A DNA stretch of 64,000 bases from assembly GCA_049322915.1 (NCBI GenBank), contig JBMOPW010000027.1, forward strand, positions 1,558-65,557, given 5' to 3'. Both the position numbers and the translations under genes were made by a program. Under the pieces are notes generated by a model that saw nothing but the letters and a program-made list of their open reading frames with translations, ran no database searches and had not been told where the DNA came from. Within the stretch, counting starts at the first letter, position 1. Each line of letters starts with the position of its first letter. The stretch is from Candidatus Zhuqueibacterota bacterium (GTDB taxonomy: Bacteria; Zhuqueibacterota; Zhuqueibacteria; Thermofontimicrobiales; Thermofontimicrobiaceae). Shown here piece by piece: positions 40,113 to 49,723 of this stretch.

Positions 40113-41258
40113 TCAGAACGCCTCGACCCGTTCGATCATCTTCTCATAATTTTTCAACGTGCGTGAATTCAGAATTCGGCCTAATGGGCACGCGGACGGC
40201 ATCAGCACAAAACCGCGGCCAGTCCCGGCAGCGCCCTGCTCCAGTGCACGTTTCACTTTTTCAGCAAATTGATCAGTGGGCAGGGTTTCGATATCGCTGA
40301 TCTCCAGATTGCCGAACAGCACCATATCCTTCCCGTAGTTTTGTCGCACAAAATCCAGATGAACGTCGCCCTGCGGCGGCGGTTCAATCGGATCGAGTCC
40401 ATCGACCTGCAATCTGGCGATTTCATCCAGCAGCGCCTTCAGATTTCCGTGGGAATGAATGCGCACATAGCCGCCATTGCGGTGAATCGATTGAATCATG
40501 GGCGCGATATAATTGGAGACATATTCCCGGAAAAGGTAAGGCGGCAGGTACGGCGGCGATGCATATTCCGGGCCGTAAATGCGCCATAGCCGGCCCGGCA
40601 GGGCGCTGGAAACGATCTCGGTTTTTGAATAAAGCGCCTCAGCAAATCGGTCCAGCAGGCGACGGAATAGCGTTCGCTCGGTCAGCGCGATCACGGTATA
40701 TTGCGCCATATCGAACAGCGATGCAGCGAGACAGAGGGGATCCGGGGTATCCAGCATCACGATGCCGGAATCGCCCAGATGCTGCTCCGCGGCCAGGATG
40801 GCGTCCGGTTCGAAATGATCATCAGCGGGGAGGTGAGGCATGGTGAGGAACGCCGCGAGGTCGTCGGTATTTTTCAGCAAGGGCTCCTCAGTCCACACGG
40901 TGTTGGTATCCGCATCGCGTCGGGTTCGGGTGGTCAAAATGCGCTGACCGACGCGAACGGTCTGAACCGTGAATCGGCTGCCATTTCTCAGAAATACCCG
41001 TTCCTTTGAGAGGCCATGGATGGGATTGGGCAGCACAGACATAAATGAAGCGCCGCGCATGACAATCCGATCGGTCTTTTCCCGGGTCAGATCAATCAAC
41101 GGTCCCCACGACGGATGGGAATAGATATTGAAGGGATCGGCATCGTTCGGATTTTCATCCAGCCCATTGAGCTCGTAAAATGAAACCGCCGGCCGATCGA
41201 CTGCCTCCCCCCGCAGGGTTGCCATGAGGCGTTCTCGTCGGGTCATCATTCCTTTCAA
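40113..41258 (-). CDS. Uroporphyrinogen decarboxylase (URO-D) family protein, MtaA/CmuA-like
   Basis: N-terminal MTRRERLMATLRGEAVDRPAV and C-terminal GFVLMPSACPL motifs typical of the URO-D methyltransferase-like family. Confidence 0.65.
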   Translation of the reverse strand: MKGMMTRRERLMATLRGEAVDRPAVSFYELNGLDENPNDADPFNIYSHPSWGPLIDLTREKTDRIVMRGASFMSVLPNPIHGLSKERVFLRNGSRFTVQTVRVGQRILTTRTRRDADTNTVWTEEPLLKNTDDLAAFLTMPHLPADDHFEPDAILAAEQHLGDSGIVMLDTPDPLCLAASLFDMAQYTVIALTERTLFRRLLDRFAEALYSKTEIVSSALPGRLWRIYGPEYASPPYLPPYLFREYVSNYIAPMIQSIHRNGGYVRIHSHGNLKALLDEIARLQVDGLDPIEPPPQGDVHLDFVRQNYGKDMVLFGNLEISDIETLPTDQFAEKVKRALEQGAAGTGRGFVLMPSACPLGRILNSRTLKNYEKMIERVEAF

Positions 41259-41272
41259 TGTGAAAAAATCAA

Positions 41273-42046
41273 TCAGTGCCGAAGCGCCAACTGCACTAAG
41301 TTTGCAATGAATACCGCCGTCAAAGTTGATAACAGAGTGCCGATGAGGACGTATTCGGCAAATTCACGACTTTTTAGATCTTTTCGAGCAAAGCTTTTCA
41401 CTGCAACGATGAACCCGATCGCGACCAATTGATTGTTGAGCACGAAGTAATAAATCAGCAATCGCTCCAACAGGCCGATAATCCTGCCGGCATTGTACTC
41501 CTGTTTATCCACCACGGTGGTGATTGTCTGGCCCGCTGATTCTTCGTGCGCAGGCGTCAATGTGAAAGTCTGAAAAATGAGTCGAATGAAAATATTGGTC
41601 TCATTGGTGACAAAAAATGCGCCGGTCAGAATTGGGTTGAGCGAGCGCCAATCCAGCGCGCTTAAAAAATCGATGATTAGGGAAATGTCAGCCCATGATT
41701 CCAGATGGGCCAGCAAATGCGGATTGAAGTTGAGCCTGTTTCTCGGAGCAAAGACGAGACTGAAAACCACGATGAACCCGATGAGCGAAGCCACCCGGAC
41801 AATATTGACCCACTCAATTTTCTTCTCCAGCAGGAATACCAGCCCATTCAAAGCCAGCATCATGAAAACTAACAGCGCGAAAAGAAGATTCATCTCGAAC
41901 ATGAGGGTTCCCAGAAGCTGGAGAAAGACAATCACGCCTGTCTGTCGCAGTGTAATCGGTTCATCCCGGAAAGTGAACATGAGTCGTGAGAAAAGCACCA
42001 CATTGAACAGGTAGTAAAATTCCGTCATAACTGGCCTTTCAGACAT
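41273..42046 (-). CDS. SatE-like polytopic membrane protein (DUF3307-like)
   Basis: About 250 aa with 7-8 TM helices. Directly downstream of and overlapping a SatD-like gene. Confidence 0.45.
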   Translation of the reverse strand: MSERPVMTEFYYLFNVVLFSRLMFTFRDEPITLRQTGVIVFLQLLGTLMFEMNLLFALLVFMMLALNGLVFLLEKKIEWVNIVRVASLIGFIVVFSLVFAPRNRLNFNPHLLAHLESWADISLIIDFLSALDWRSLNPILTGAFFVTNETNIFIRLIFQTFTLTPAHEESAGQTITTVVDKQEYNAGRIIGLLERLLIYYFVLNNQLVAIGFIVAVKSFARKDLKSREFAEYVLIGTLLSTLTAVFIANLVQLALRH

Positions 42047-42663
42047 CGGTCGAGCGTTTTTTCGATTTCAGTGAAAATCGGGATGATAATGTTGAGAGCG
42101 CCGGCGTTTATGGTTTTATACACGGCCTGCTCGGAAATGCGCAGACGTGCGGCAATCGATTTGACTGGCGTTTTCTGCAGCGACATTTCGAGCACGCGCA
42201 GCCTGGTCTCGTTCCACTTGCTCACATTGTGGGAGATGAGGTGCAGTGTATGCAGATGAAGCGAATAATTCGGAATTAGTTCGCCAGCCACTGAAAATAA
42301 ATAGCCGGATTTTTTCAGGTCATCGATTCCATCCCGGGCAGAGTGAAACGCCGGGCCGTCCATTCCAATGGCCTGCTTTGAATTGATGGGACTGATGATT
42401 GCGCCGATAGCCAGGGAAAAGCGCATGGCGTGGGGGTGAATGGCGCACAGAATGGAAACAATATCCTGAAAAATGGATTCCGCGCGGTCGAACACAGCTT
42501 GAATCTCATCCCCAATGGTCAGGGTGTACGGCGAGATGACGGCAGAATTGCGGGCATTCAGCGCTTCCAGCGTTTGCAGTAAGGTGGTATTGAATCGGTC
42601 GCGCTCTTTGATTTTACGCGATGCAATGATATCCCCAATCAGCACTAATTTTTCATCCGGCAT
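42025..42663 (-). CDS. SatD-like protein
   Basis: N-terminal MPDEKLVLIGDIIASRKI matches the SatD-family start. C-terminal HTH-like region. Start set at ATG 42663; the longer track ORF is an upstream extension. Confidence 0.5.
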   Translation of the reverse strand: MPDEKLVLIGDIIASRKIKERDRFNTTLLQTLEALNARNSAVISPYTLTIGDEIQAVFDRAESIFQDIVSILCAIHPHAMRFSLAIGAIISPINSKQAIGMDGPAFHSARDGIDDLKKSGYLFSVAGELIPNYSLHLHTLHLISHNVSKWNETRLRVLEMSLQKTPVKSIAARLRISEQAVYKTINAGALNIIIPIFTEIEKTLDRCLKGQL

Positions 42664-42878
42664 GAGTATCCTCGCTAAACTGAATCGGTTGATTTTGAAT
42701 ATTAAACCAAATGGGTTGGGGAAGGTTCCCGGCATATTTTCTGTGAAATGTACGCGCGGATGGCATTCAAAAAGAAACCAGGAAGTGAGTAAAAATCCAT
42801 CTTCCTGGTTCATTTGATAGTAGGGTTTTCTTTGGGTTATGAGAAATTCAAGTAAATAGAATTGTCGTTTCAATGGGT

Positions 42879-43487
42879 TTAATCGAATGCCATGTCAGTC
42901 TTCCAGACTTCCCAGACTTTGCCGACAAGGTTTGGCCCTGGCGTGAGGATCATTTTTCCGGGCTTCCAACCGGATGGGGTCGCCTCAGTCCCCTTGCTCT
43001 TTCTGACCAACTGAAATGCCTGAATTTGCCGGAGCGTTTCATTGACGTTGCGACCGACCGGAGGAGTGAGCACTTCGAACGCCTGAACAACGCCGTCGGG
43101 ATCAATGAGGAATCGCCCCCTGGTTTCGACGCCGGCATTGTCATCGTAGATACCGTACACCGCGCCTACTTTTCCGCCGGCATCGGATAACATTGGAAAT
43201 GGTATGCCGCCTTTGACCATTTTGGATAATTCATGATCGTTCCACATTTTATGCACAAACATGCTGTCAATACTCATCGATAATACTTCAACACCGAGTT
43301 TTTGGAATTCGTTAAATTTCTCAGCAACTGCTGATACTTCAGTCGCTCAGACAAAGGTGAAATCACCGGGATAAAAACAGAGAACGACCCATTTTCCGAG
43401 ATAATCCGATAATTTCACATTGATGAACTTCCCCTTGTGATAGGCAGGGGCTACAAAATCTGGCGCTTTCTGTCCGACTTTAATCAT
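42879..43487 (-). CDS. Selenocysteine-containing peroxiredoxin (AhpC/Prx family), in-frame TGA at 43347-43349 read as Sec
   Basis: Two same-frame ORFs are separated by a single TGA exactly at the peroxidatic Cys codon: ..YPGDFTFV-[TGA][11 protein letters not shown].. versus Prx FTFVCPTE. The Prx fold continues to the C-terminus. GGAGG RBS lies 8 nt before ATG 43487. Resolving Cys is absent (ATPSGW instead of VCPANW). Confidence 0.7.
43321..43334 (-). other. Candidate bacterial SECIS-like hairpin
   Basis: mRNA UCAGC-AGUU-GCUGA hairpin starting 12 nt 3' of the UGA. The loop contains G and U. The short stem alone is weak evidence. Confidence 0.3.
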
Positions 43488-43836
43488 TTTAGATGCCTCC
43501 GTTTTAATGGTTTTTTCTTCAGTTGGTTTGTCTGGCGCCGGTTCACCGACCGGCCCGCCGGTTGGTCGAGCACAACCGGCTTTGACTTCCTCATCCATAG
43601 TCAATCTCCTATTTTATTGGTAAATGGTTAATGGAGAATTAGTTCGCTGTAATCAGTCGAATGAGTGAATTATAACATCAGAGTTAATTTTCAAATGGAG
43701 CGCTTTCCCTTTGCGGAGAACATTTAGCCGATTCAAGGAGGGAACGCATGTCATAATTTGCAGTCAGCGATGGACGTTGCTCTTTCAGATAATCGGCAGA
43801 ATGATTGGAAATCAATAATCGAACAAGGTTGAGAAA

Positions 43837-43970
43837 GGTAGCCGTTCACAGGTTCCGGGTTCAGCGTTCCCGGTTGGGGTTTTGGAGATGGTAGCGCGTA
43901 TCATTTTTTATGTTCAAATAGTCCGTCATCAACTGTACGTTATCATTGCCCGTGCACCCTGAACGGTTAC
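43837..43970 (-). repeat. Copy B of the ~140-nt conserved element (5' region of the Sec-peroxiredoxin gene)
   Basis: Reverse complement is about 85% identical to 12886-13028. Same orientation relative to its downstream gene as copy A. Confidence 0.6.
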
Positions 43971-44167
43971 TGAGACAGGCATAGCCAGCATGTTCGAATC
44001 ATCAGCAATGGCGCATCATTCCCTTCAGATGACGCGTTCGGTTTCGGGAGAGTCGAAGAGAATCTCAGAAATGGTTTAATCCAATTTTGTACTTATTTCA
44101 ATATAATAAAGATTCAGTTCCGATTCAAGAAATTTTTTTGTAATAAAACCAGTAAGGTGAATGAAAA

Positions 44168-44650
44168 TTATTTGGGAAAAGAAAAATGCATTTGCACAAT
44201 TACCCAGCGACTGTCCCGCTTCTCAAGGACGCCGGTCCAGCGAACGTTGTTCCACGAGGTCGACCGTCCCTTGAATTCGCCGAAATCGTCCAGCACGGCT
44301 GAATACCAGGCAGCATCGCCGGATTGGGAAATGTGTATCCGCAGTTGTTTGACTTCAAAATGAGTGGCTTTGAAATCGTCGAGCATGAAAAAATTTTCGA
44401 CCACATTTCGAAACTCGGCGAAGCCATCCACTGCGCTGGAATCCGGGTTGATGATGAAAAAAGCAGAATCCCGGGCCACGGCATCGTACAGGGCCTGCTT
44501 GTCTTTGGTGAGCGCCCAGCCAATGGACGTTTCGATGACGGTTTGTATTGTCGCTTTTTCGGCTGCGACATCGAAGGGTTGGGTTGGCGCACAGGTGATG
44601 AAAGCAAAGGATAGAACAAGAGAGATACGTGGGAATAATTTAATTTTCAT
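44168..44650 (-). CDS. NTF2-like (SnoaL/DUF4440-like) lipoprotein
   Basis: Lipoprotein-type signal peptide with cysteine (..AFITC). About 130-aa NTF2-like alpha+beta cone pattern. Weak. Confidence 0.4.
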   Translation of the reverse strand: MKIKLFPRISLVLSFAFITCAPTQPFDVAAEKATIQTVIETSIGWALTKDKQALYDAVARDSAFFIINPDSSAVDGFAEFRNVVENFFMLDDFKATHFEVKQLRIHISQSGDAAWYSAVLDDFGEFKGRSTSWNNVRWTGVLEKRDSRWVIVQMHFSFPK

Positions 44651-44870
44651 CGGATTGGCTCCTCTTTTAAATTGTGATAAGAATCGCGATCATTAAATTG
44701 GTAGGTGAAGTTACGATTTAATTGAATGAAGGTTGCTGTGGGACAGAAAACAATCTATTTTAATGGTTGCTTTGAAAATCAGTATTTTGTATATTTGCCT
44801 TGATTTGAAGGTTCAGTTCAAAAAGAAAATTTCATTGAAGGTATTCTCAAACAGGGAGAGCAAAGAAAAG

Positions 44871-46142
44871 ATGACATCCAGGGAACGCGTGAATTGCGCA
44901 TTAAATCATAAGGAGCCGGATAAGGTGCCGCTGGATCTGGCTGGCAGCGGCGTGACCGGCATGCATGTCAGTTCTGTCTATTTGTTGCGCCAGGCATTCG
45001 GTTTGGATGCGCCCGGGACGCCGGTGAAGGTCGTGGAGCCGTACCAGATGCTGGGCGAAATCAAGCCCGACCTGATCGACGCGCTGGGCGTTGATGTTGT
45101 GGCGCTGGAAGGACGGGGCACGATGTTCGGCTTCAACAAAGAGGGCTGGAAACCGTGGACGACTTTCGATGGCACGCCGGTTTTAGTCCCGGAAAAATTC
45201 AATACGACGCCGGAACCGAACGGCGATATTTTCATGTACCCCAAAGGCGATGCATCTGTGCCGCCCAGCGGACGCATGCCGGCCGGCGGTTGGTATTTCG
45301 ATGCGATTGTGCGGCAGGAGCCCATTGACGAGAGCCAGCTCAATGTGGCGGACAATCTGGAAGAGTTCGAAATTATTTCCGATGAGGATCTGGCCTATCT
45401 CAAAGAGCGGGCGGAGTTCCTGTTTTCGCAGACGGATAAGGCGATTTTGGGAGGTTTCGGCGGCGCCAGCTTCGGTGATATCGCACTGGTTCCGGCGCCC
45501 ATGCTGAAACGGACCAGAGGTATCCGCGATATCGAGGAATGGTACGTCAGCACCGTGATCCGATTCGATTACGTGTACAAAGTGTTCGAGCGTCAGTGTG
45601 AAATTGCCCTGACCAATTTCAAAAAAATTCATGACGCTATCGGCAATAAAGTCTCGGCGGTGTTCATCACCGGGACGGATTTTGGAACGCAAAACGGGCC
45701 GTTCATCTCCAACAAAGCCTATCGCGAATTGTACCTGCCGTTTCACAAGCAGGTCAATGACTGGGTTCATAAAAACACGGAGTGGAAAACGTTCATCCAT
45801 TCCTGCGGTTCGGTGATGGCGCTGATCGAAGATTTCATCGACGCCGGTTTCGATATTTTGAATCCGGTGCAGTGCTCGGCTGCCGATATGGATCCGGCGG
45901 ACCTGAAGCGAAAATTCGGGGATCGCATCACTTTCTGGGGCGGCGGAATTGACACGCAAAGGACGCTGCCCTTTGGCACGCCGCAGCAGGTTCGGGATGA
46001 AGTGAAAAAGAGGATCGAAATTTTCGGACCCAACGGCGGCTTTGTTTTCAATGCCATTCACAATATTCAGGCGCGAACCCCGGTGGAAAATCTGGTGGCG
46101 CTGTTCGAGACATTCAATGAATTCCGCAGCTATTCCAAATGA
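44871..46142 (+). CDS. Uroporphyrinogen decarboxylase (URO-D) family protein (paralog 2)
   Basis: MTSRERVNCALNHKEPDKVPLD N-terminus and URO-D family C-terminus. Start set at ATG 44871, which has a GGGAGAG RBS. Confidence 0.65.
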   Translation: MTSRERVNCALNHKEPDKVPLDLAGSGVTGMHVSSVYLLRQAFGLDAPGTPVKVVEPYQMLGEIKPDLIDALGVDVVALEGRGTMFGFNKEGWKPWTTFDGTPVLVPEKFNTTPEPNGDIFMYPKGDASVPPSGRMPAGGWYFDAIVRQEPIDESQLNVADNLEEFEIISDEDLAYLKERAEFLFSQTDKAILGGFGGASFGDIALVPAPMLKRTRGIRDIEEWYVSTVIRFDYVYKVFERQCEIALTNFKKIHDAIGNKVSAVFITGTDFGTQNGPFISNKAYRELYLPFHKQVNDWVHKNTEWKTFIHSCGSVMALIEDFIDAGFDILNPVQCSAADMDPADLKRKFGDRITFWGGGIDTQRTLPFGTPQQVRDEVKKRIEIFGPNGGFVFNAIHNIQARTPVENLVALFETFNEFRSYSK

Positions 46143-46323
46143 GTGCGGCGCTGCGCCTGGAAGACGAAGAGGACGTCCAGCACCTTGTTCATGCCGTGCT
46201 GACGCTGGAATTCGACGATGTGCAAACCGAAGAATGAAACCAACTTTCCCGGCAAGTAGGCCCAACTCTGAAACCTGCCGGAAATCACTCAATCACGTTT
46301 GAAGAATGAGGTGAACTGAAACG

Positions 46324-47448
46324 ATGAAATTCGATCGGTCGAAAATACAGGTCAGGCCGCTGGCGGAGCGGGAGAGCAAATCGTCCATTGAGAAAATTGC
46401 CGCGAATCCCGATGCCGCACCAGCGCCGTTCACAGGGGACGTTTCGGTACTGACCCGACTGGCCGGGCGCATCATTGAGGCGAGGGAAAATGATCGCAGC
46501 GTCATCATTGCGTACGGCGCGCATCTGATCAAGAACGGCCTGGGGCCGGTCCTGCGCCGGATGATCGAGCAGGGATTTGTCACGCATCTGGCCACGAACG
46601 GCGCCGGAACGATTCATGATTGGGAGTTTTCATTTCAGGGCAGATCGGAAGAAGATGTCAGCCGCTACGCCAGGGAAGGCCAATTCGGCATCTGGGAAGA
46701 GACCGGCCGCTATCTCAATCTCGCTCTGATTTTAGGCGCGGCGCAGGGAAAGGGATACGGCGAATCCATCGGCGATATGATTTGCGCCGATAAGCTGACC
46801 ATCCCGGATGCGGACGATCTCCGCGCCGGACTGATGGCTCAATTGAAGGAACCGGGCCGGACCCTGGAGAATGCCGGCGGTCTTTTTGATCTGCTTGCTT
46901 TCATGGAGAAGATGAAATTGCAGCGCGGGGACGTCGCCATCCCTCACCCGTTCAAGCGCTACAGTGTGCTGGCGGCTGCGCGCTCGGCCGGTGTGCCGCT
47001 GACGATTCATCCCGGCTTTGGCTACGACATCATTTACACCCACCCGTTCAATTTCGGAGCGGCCATTGGCCGGACAGCCGACGTGGATTGGCTGAGGTAC
47101 GTCAACAGCGTGGCCAATCTCGAAGGGGGAGTGTATATGTCCATCGGCTCTGCGGTTATGTCGCCGATGATTTTTGAAAAGGCATTGTCCCTGGCGCGAA
47201 ATATTGCCCGGCAGGATCGGCTTCGAATCGCTGATTTTATGCTCGTTGTGAACGATATTCAGCGCAGCGGCGACTGGAAGTGGGGCAGCGGCGCAGAGCC
47301 GCCCAAGCACAACCCGGCCTATTACCTTCGGTTCTGCAAGACATTCGACCGCATGGGCGCCAGCGAAATGCATTACATCTGCGCGGACAATCGAAATTTT
47401 CTGACCAATGTGTACGCGCAATTGCAGGCCATGACCGGCGGGCGATGA
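46324..47448 (+). CDS. Deoxyhypusine synthase-like protein
   Basis: Colinear similarity to the DHS family (..AYGAHLIKNGLGPVLRRMIEQGFVTHLATNGAGTIHDWE.. versus human ..[39 protein letters not shown]..). The catalytic Lys in the GGGVVKHH position is not conserved (EGGVYMSIG). Confidence 0.45.
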   Translation: MKFDRSKIQVRPLAERESKSSIEKIAANPDAAPAPFTGDVSVLTRLAGRIIEARENDRSVIIAYGAHLIKNGLGPVLRRMIEQGFVTHLATNGAGTIHDWEFSFQGRSEEDVSRYAREGQFGIWEETGRYLNLALILGAAQGKGYGESIGDMICADKLTIPDADDLRAGLMAQLKEPGRTLENAGGLFDLLAFMEKMKLQRGDVAIPHPFKRYSVLAAARSAGVPLTIHPGFGYDIIYTHPFNFGAAIGRTADVDWLRYVNSVANLEGGVYMSIGSAVMSPMIFEKALSLARNIARQDRLRIADFMLVVNDIQRSGDWKWGSGAEPPKHNPAYYLRFCKTFDRMGASEMHYICADNRNFLTNVYAQLQAMTGGR

Positions 47449-47506
47449 GGCGCGGCCATTTCCGGACGGAAGATACGGCAACACAGAAGGAATTCATTCG
47501 ACATTT

Positions 47507-48394
47507 ATGGGACGCCCGCGATATGGGCGCATGACAGGAATTGATTCAGGTGATGATATGGAAATTATTCGACCTTTTGACGGACGCAACATTACGACGG
47601 TATTGTTCGATTTTGATGGCACCCTGTCGCGGGAACGGGACGGTTGGGTGAATGTGATGGTGGCGACCAATTCGGCTGCGCTGGCGCAGGCAGCGCCGGA
47701 AATGTCGCCGGAGGAAGCTGTGGATTGGGTGATTCGGGACATTGAACGCTCCATTGGCATTCCCACATACATGCAGATGAAGCAACTCGCCGCCGAAATC
47801 GAGCGACGCGGCGGACGCGCGTTTCCACCGGGACGGTACAAAAAAGTGTACATATCTGCTGTGGAAGCCATGGTGAATTCCAGACACGCGAAATTTGCGA
47901 ACAATGAAATCGATGCAGAACGCTTGCGCATGCCAGGGGCGCTGGAATTGTTGAAGGCGCTGGCGGAAAAAGTAGGTGAGGAATCGCTCTATCTGGCCAG
48001 CGGCACGGACATTGAACCCATAAAACACAGTGTGAATCTGCTGGGGTTTGCTGAGTTTTTTGGTGATCGCGTGATTGCCTCAGGCTCACTGTCGAGTCTG
48101 GAGCAGTGCGCCAAAAAAAGCGTGGTCCAGCGATTGTTGAATGATCATCACATTCAGCCGGGACAGCTCCTCTGTTTTGGCGATGGCGCGCCGGAAATTC
48201 AGTACACCAGCGATGCCGGCGGGATTTGCGTCGGCGTCCTGTCGCCGGATCAGAGTGACTATGAGCGCAAGGGTCATTTCACTGTGGCTCAAAAACGGGA
48301 GCGGCTCATCAACGCTGGCGCGCATGTGCTGGTATCTGATTACCGGAATGCGGCGCAGTTGCTGGCAGTTTTGTTTGGGAGACAAACGGTTTGA
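47507..48394 (+). CDS. HAD-superfamily hydrolase
   Basis: Motif I FDFDGTLS. The true start may be the internal ATG at 47558. Confidence 0.65.
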   Translation: MGRPRYGRMTGIDSGDDMEIIRPFDGRNITTVLFDFDGTLSRERDGWVNVMVATNSAALAQAAPEMSPEEAVDWVIRDIERSIGIPTYMQMKQLAAEIERRGGRAFPPGRYKKVYISAVEAMVNSRHAKFANNEIDAERLRMPGALELLKALAEKVGEESLYLASGTDIEPIKHSVNLLGFAEFFGDRVIASGSLSSLEQCAKKSVVQRLLNDHHIQPGQLLCFGDGAPEIQYTSDAGGICVGVLSPDQSDYERKGHFTVAQKRERLINAGAHVLVSDYRNAAQLLAVLFGRQTV

Positions 48395-48455
48395 TAACGT
48401 TAAAATTATCTTGAAGTTCACGTGAGTGAGTACAGCCACAGAAAAAAGGATCATT

Positions 48456-49376
48456 ATGGCCATTCCGGACTATCAGACGATTCTGCTTCCTTTGCTCAAA
48501 TTCTTGGGCGATGGTGAAATGAAATCATCCTCCGAGACTTCCGAAAAACTTGCTGATGAGTTTAGATTGAGTGAAGAAGAAAGAAAAGCATTGCTCCAAA
48601 GTGGGCAGCAGTCAATTTTTGTGAATCGTATTGCCTGGGCGAAAGTATATCTCAAAAAAGCCGGATTGATTGAATCACCCAAGAGAGGTTGCTATAGAAT
48701 AACCGAATTGGGTGAAAAAGTTCTGAAAGAAAATCCTTTAAAAATCGATAATGCCTTCCTGACCCAATTTGAAGATTTTAATAGATTTTGGACGAGGCAA
48801 CATGCTGTAAGAAAGAAGGGAGATGAGACTGAATTGGGACCTGATTTATCCAATGACAAAACTCCTGAAGAATTTCTTGAAATTGGATATCAAAAGATAC
48901 AATCAGACCTTATATCAGAAATTTTGAAAAATATCAAGACTTGCTCGTCAACTTTTTTTGAGCGACTTGTTGTTGAATTACTGGTAAAAATGGGATACGG
49001 AGGATCACTTTCCGACGCTGGTAAAACAGTTGGCAAAAGTGGGGATGGCGGGATTGATGGAATAATAAAAGAAGATCGCCTGGGTTTGGATATTATTTAT
49101 ATACAAGCAAAGCGTTGGGAAAATACCGTTCATAGGCCAGAGATTCAAAAGTTCGCCGGTGCGCTACAAGGGCAACGCGCGAAAAAGGGAATTTTTATCA
49201 CAACATCCGATTTTTCAAATGGGGCAAAAGATTTTGTTTCGTCAATTGAAAGCAAAATTGTATTGATCGACGGAGAGCAGCTTGCAAAGTTCATGATCGA
49301 TTATGATATTGGTGTCAGTAGTGTGGCAACTTATGAAATTAAGAGGATTGATTCAGATTATTTTCTTGAAGAATGA
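48456..49376 (+). CDS. mrr: Mrr-family type IV restriction endonuclease
   Basis: Mrr_N winged-helix region (IPDYQTILLPLLKFL) and Mrr_cat PD-(D/E)xK domain (GDGGIDGI..IYIQAKRW). Lower GC than flanks. Confidence 0.75.
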   Translation: MAIPDYQTILLPLLKFLGDGEMKSSSETSEKLADEFRLSEEERKALLQSGQQSIFVNRIAWAKVYLKKAGLIESPKRGCYRITELGEKVLKENPLKIDNAFLTQFEDFNRFWTRQHAVRKKGDETELGPDLSNDKTPEEFLEIGYQKIQSDLISEILKNIKTCSSTFFERLVVELLVKMGYGGSLSDAGKTVGKSGDGGIDGIIKEDRLGLDIIYIQAKRWENTVHRPEIQKFAGALQGQRAKKGIFITTSDFSNGAKDFVSSIESKIVLIDGEQLAKFMIDYDIGVSSVATYEIKRIDSDYFLEE

Positions 49377-49584
49377 AATCAGATGTATTGGCTGTAATTT
49401 AAAATAATCATTCAGTAACGTGTCCCTAAAATCTGTTATAAAAATTTGTTTGAAATGTGTGGACCCTGATCTCGCCGGATATTTATCCAGCGCGTTAAAT
49501 GGACGGATAGTCGCATTGTTCGGGATGAATATCCCGAACAATCGGTTGGCAAGCCTCGCGTACAACAAATGACTTAATAGTTAC

Positions 49585-49635
49585 AAAAAAACGTACAGCC
49601 TTCGAATTGATCCGGAATGATGGCTGTACGTTTTT
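49585..49635. terminator. Bidirectional rho-independent terminator between mrr and the C69 dipeptidase gene
   Basis: A7-CGTACAGCC stem, 21-nt loop, GGCTGTACG stem, T5. Confidence 0.55.
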
Positions 49636-49723
49636 CTATTTATACGAGATTCTTCAGTTGCCTGGCGCTGGCCGGGAAGTCAGCCAGATTCGACGAAACG
49701 ACTGCAGGTCGCCTCGCGGTGCA

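Noticed and set aside
43278-43346. Reading the peroxiredoxin locus as a frameshifted or nonsense pseudogene split into two ORFs.
   Set aside because: The interruption is a single in-frame TGA exactly replacing the catalytic Cys codon, and the remainder of the protein is intact. Selenocysteine recoding is the more parsimonious reading, pending a check of the sel machinery.
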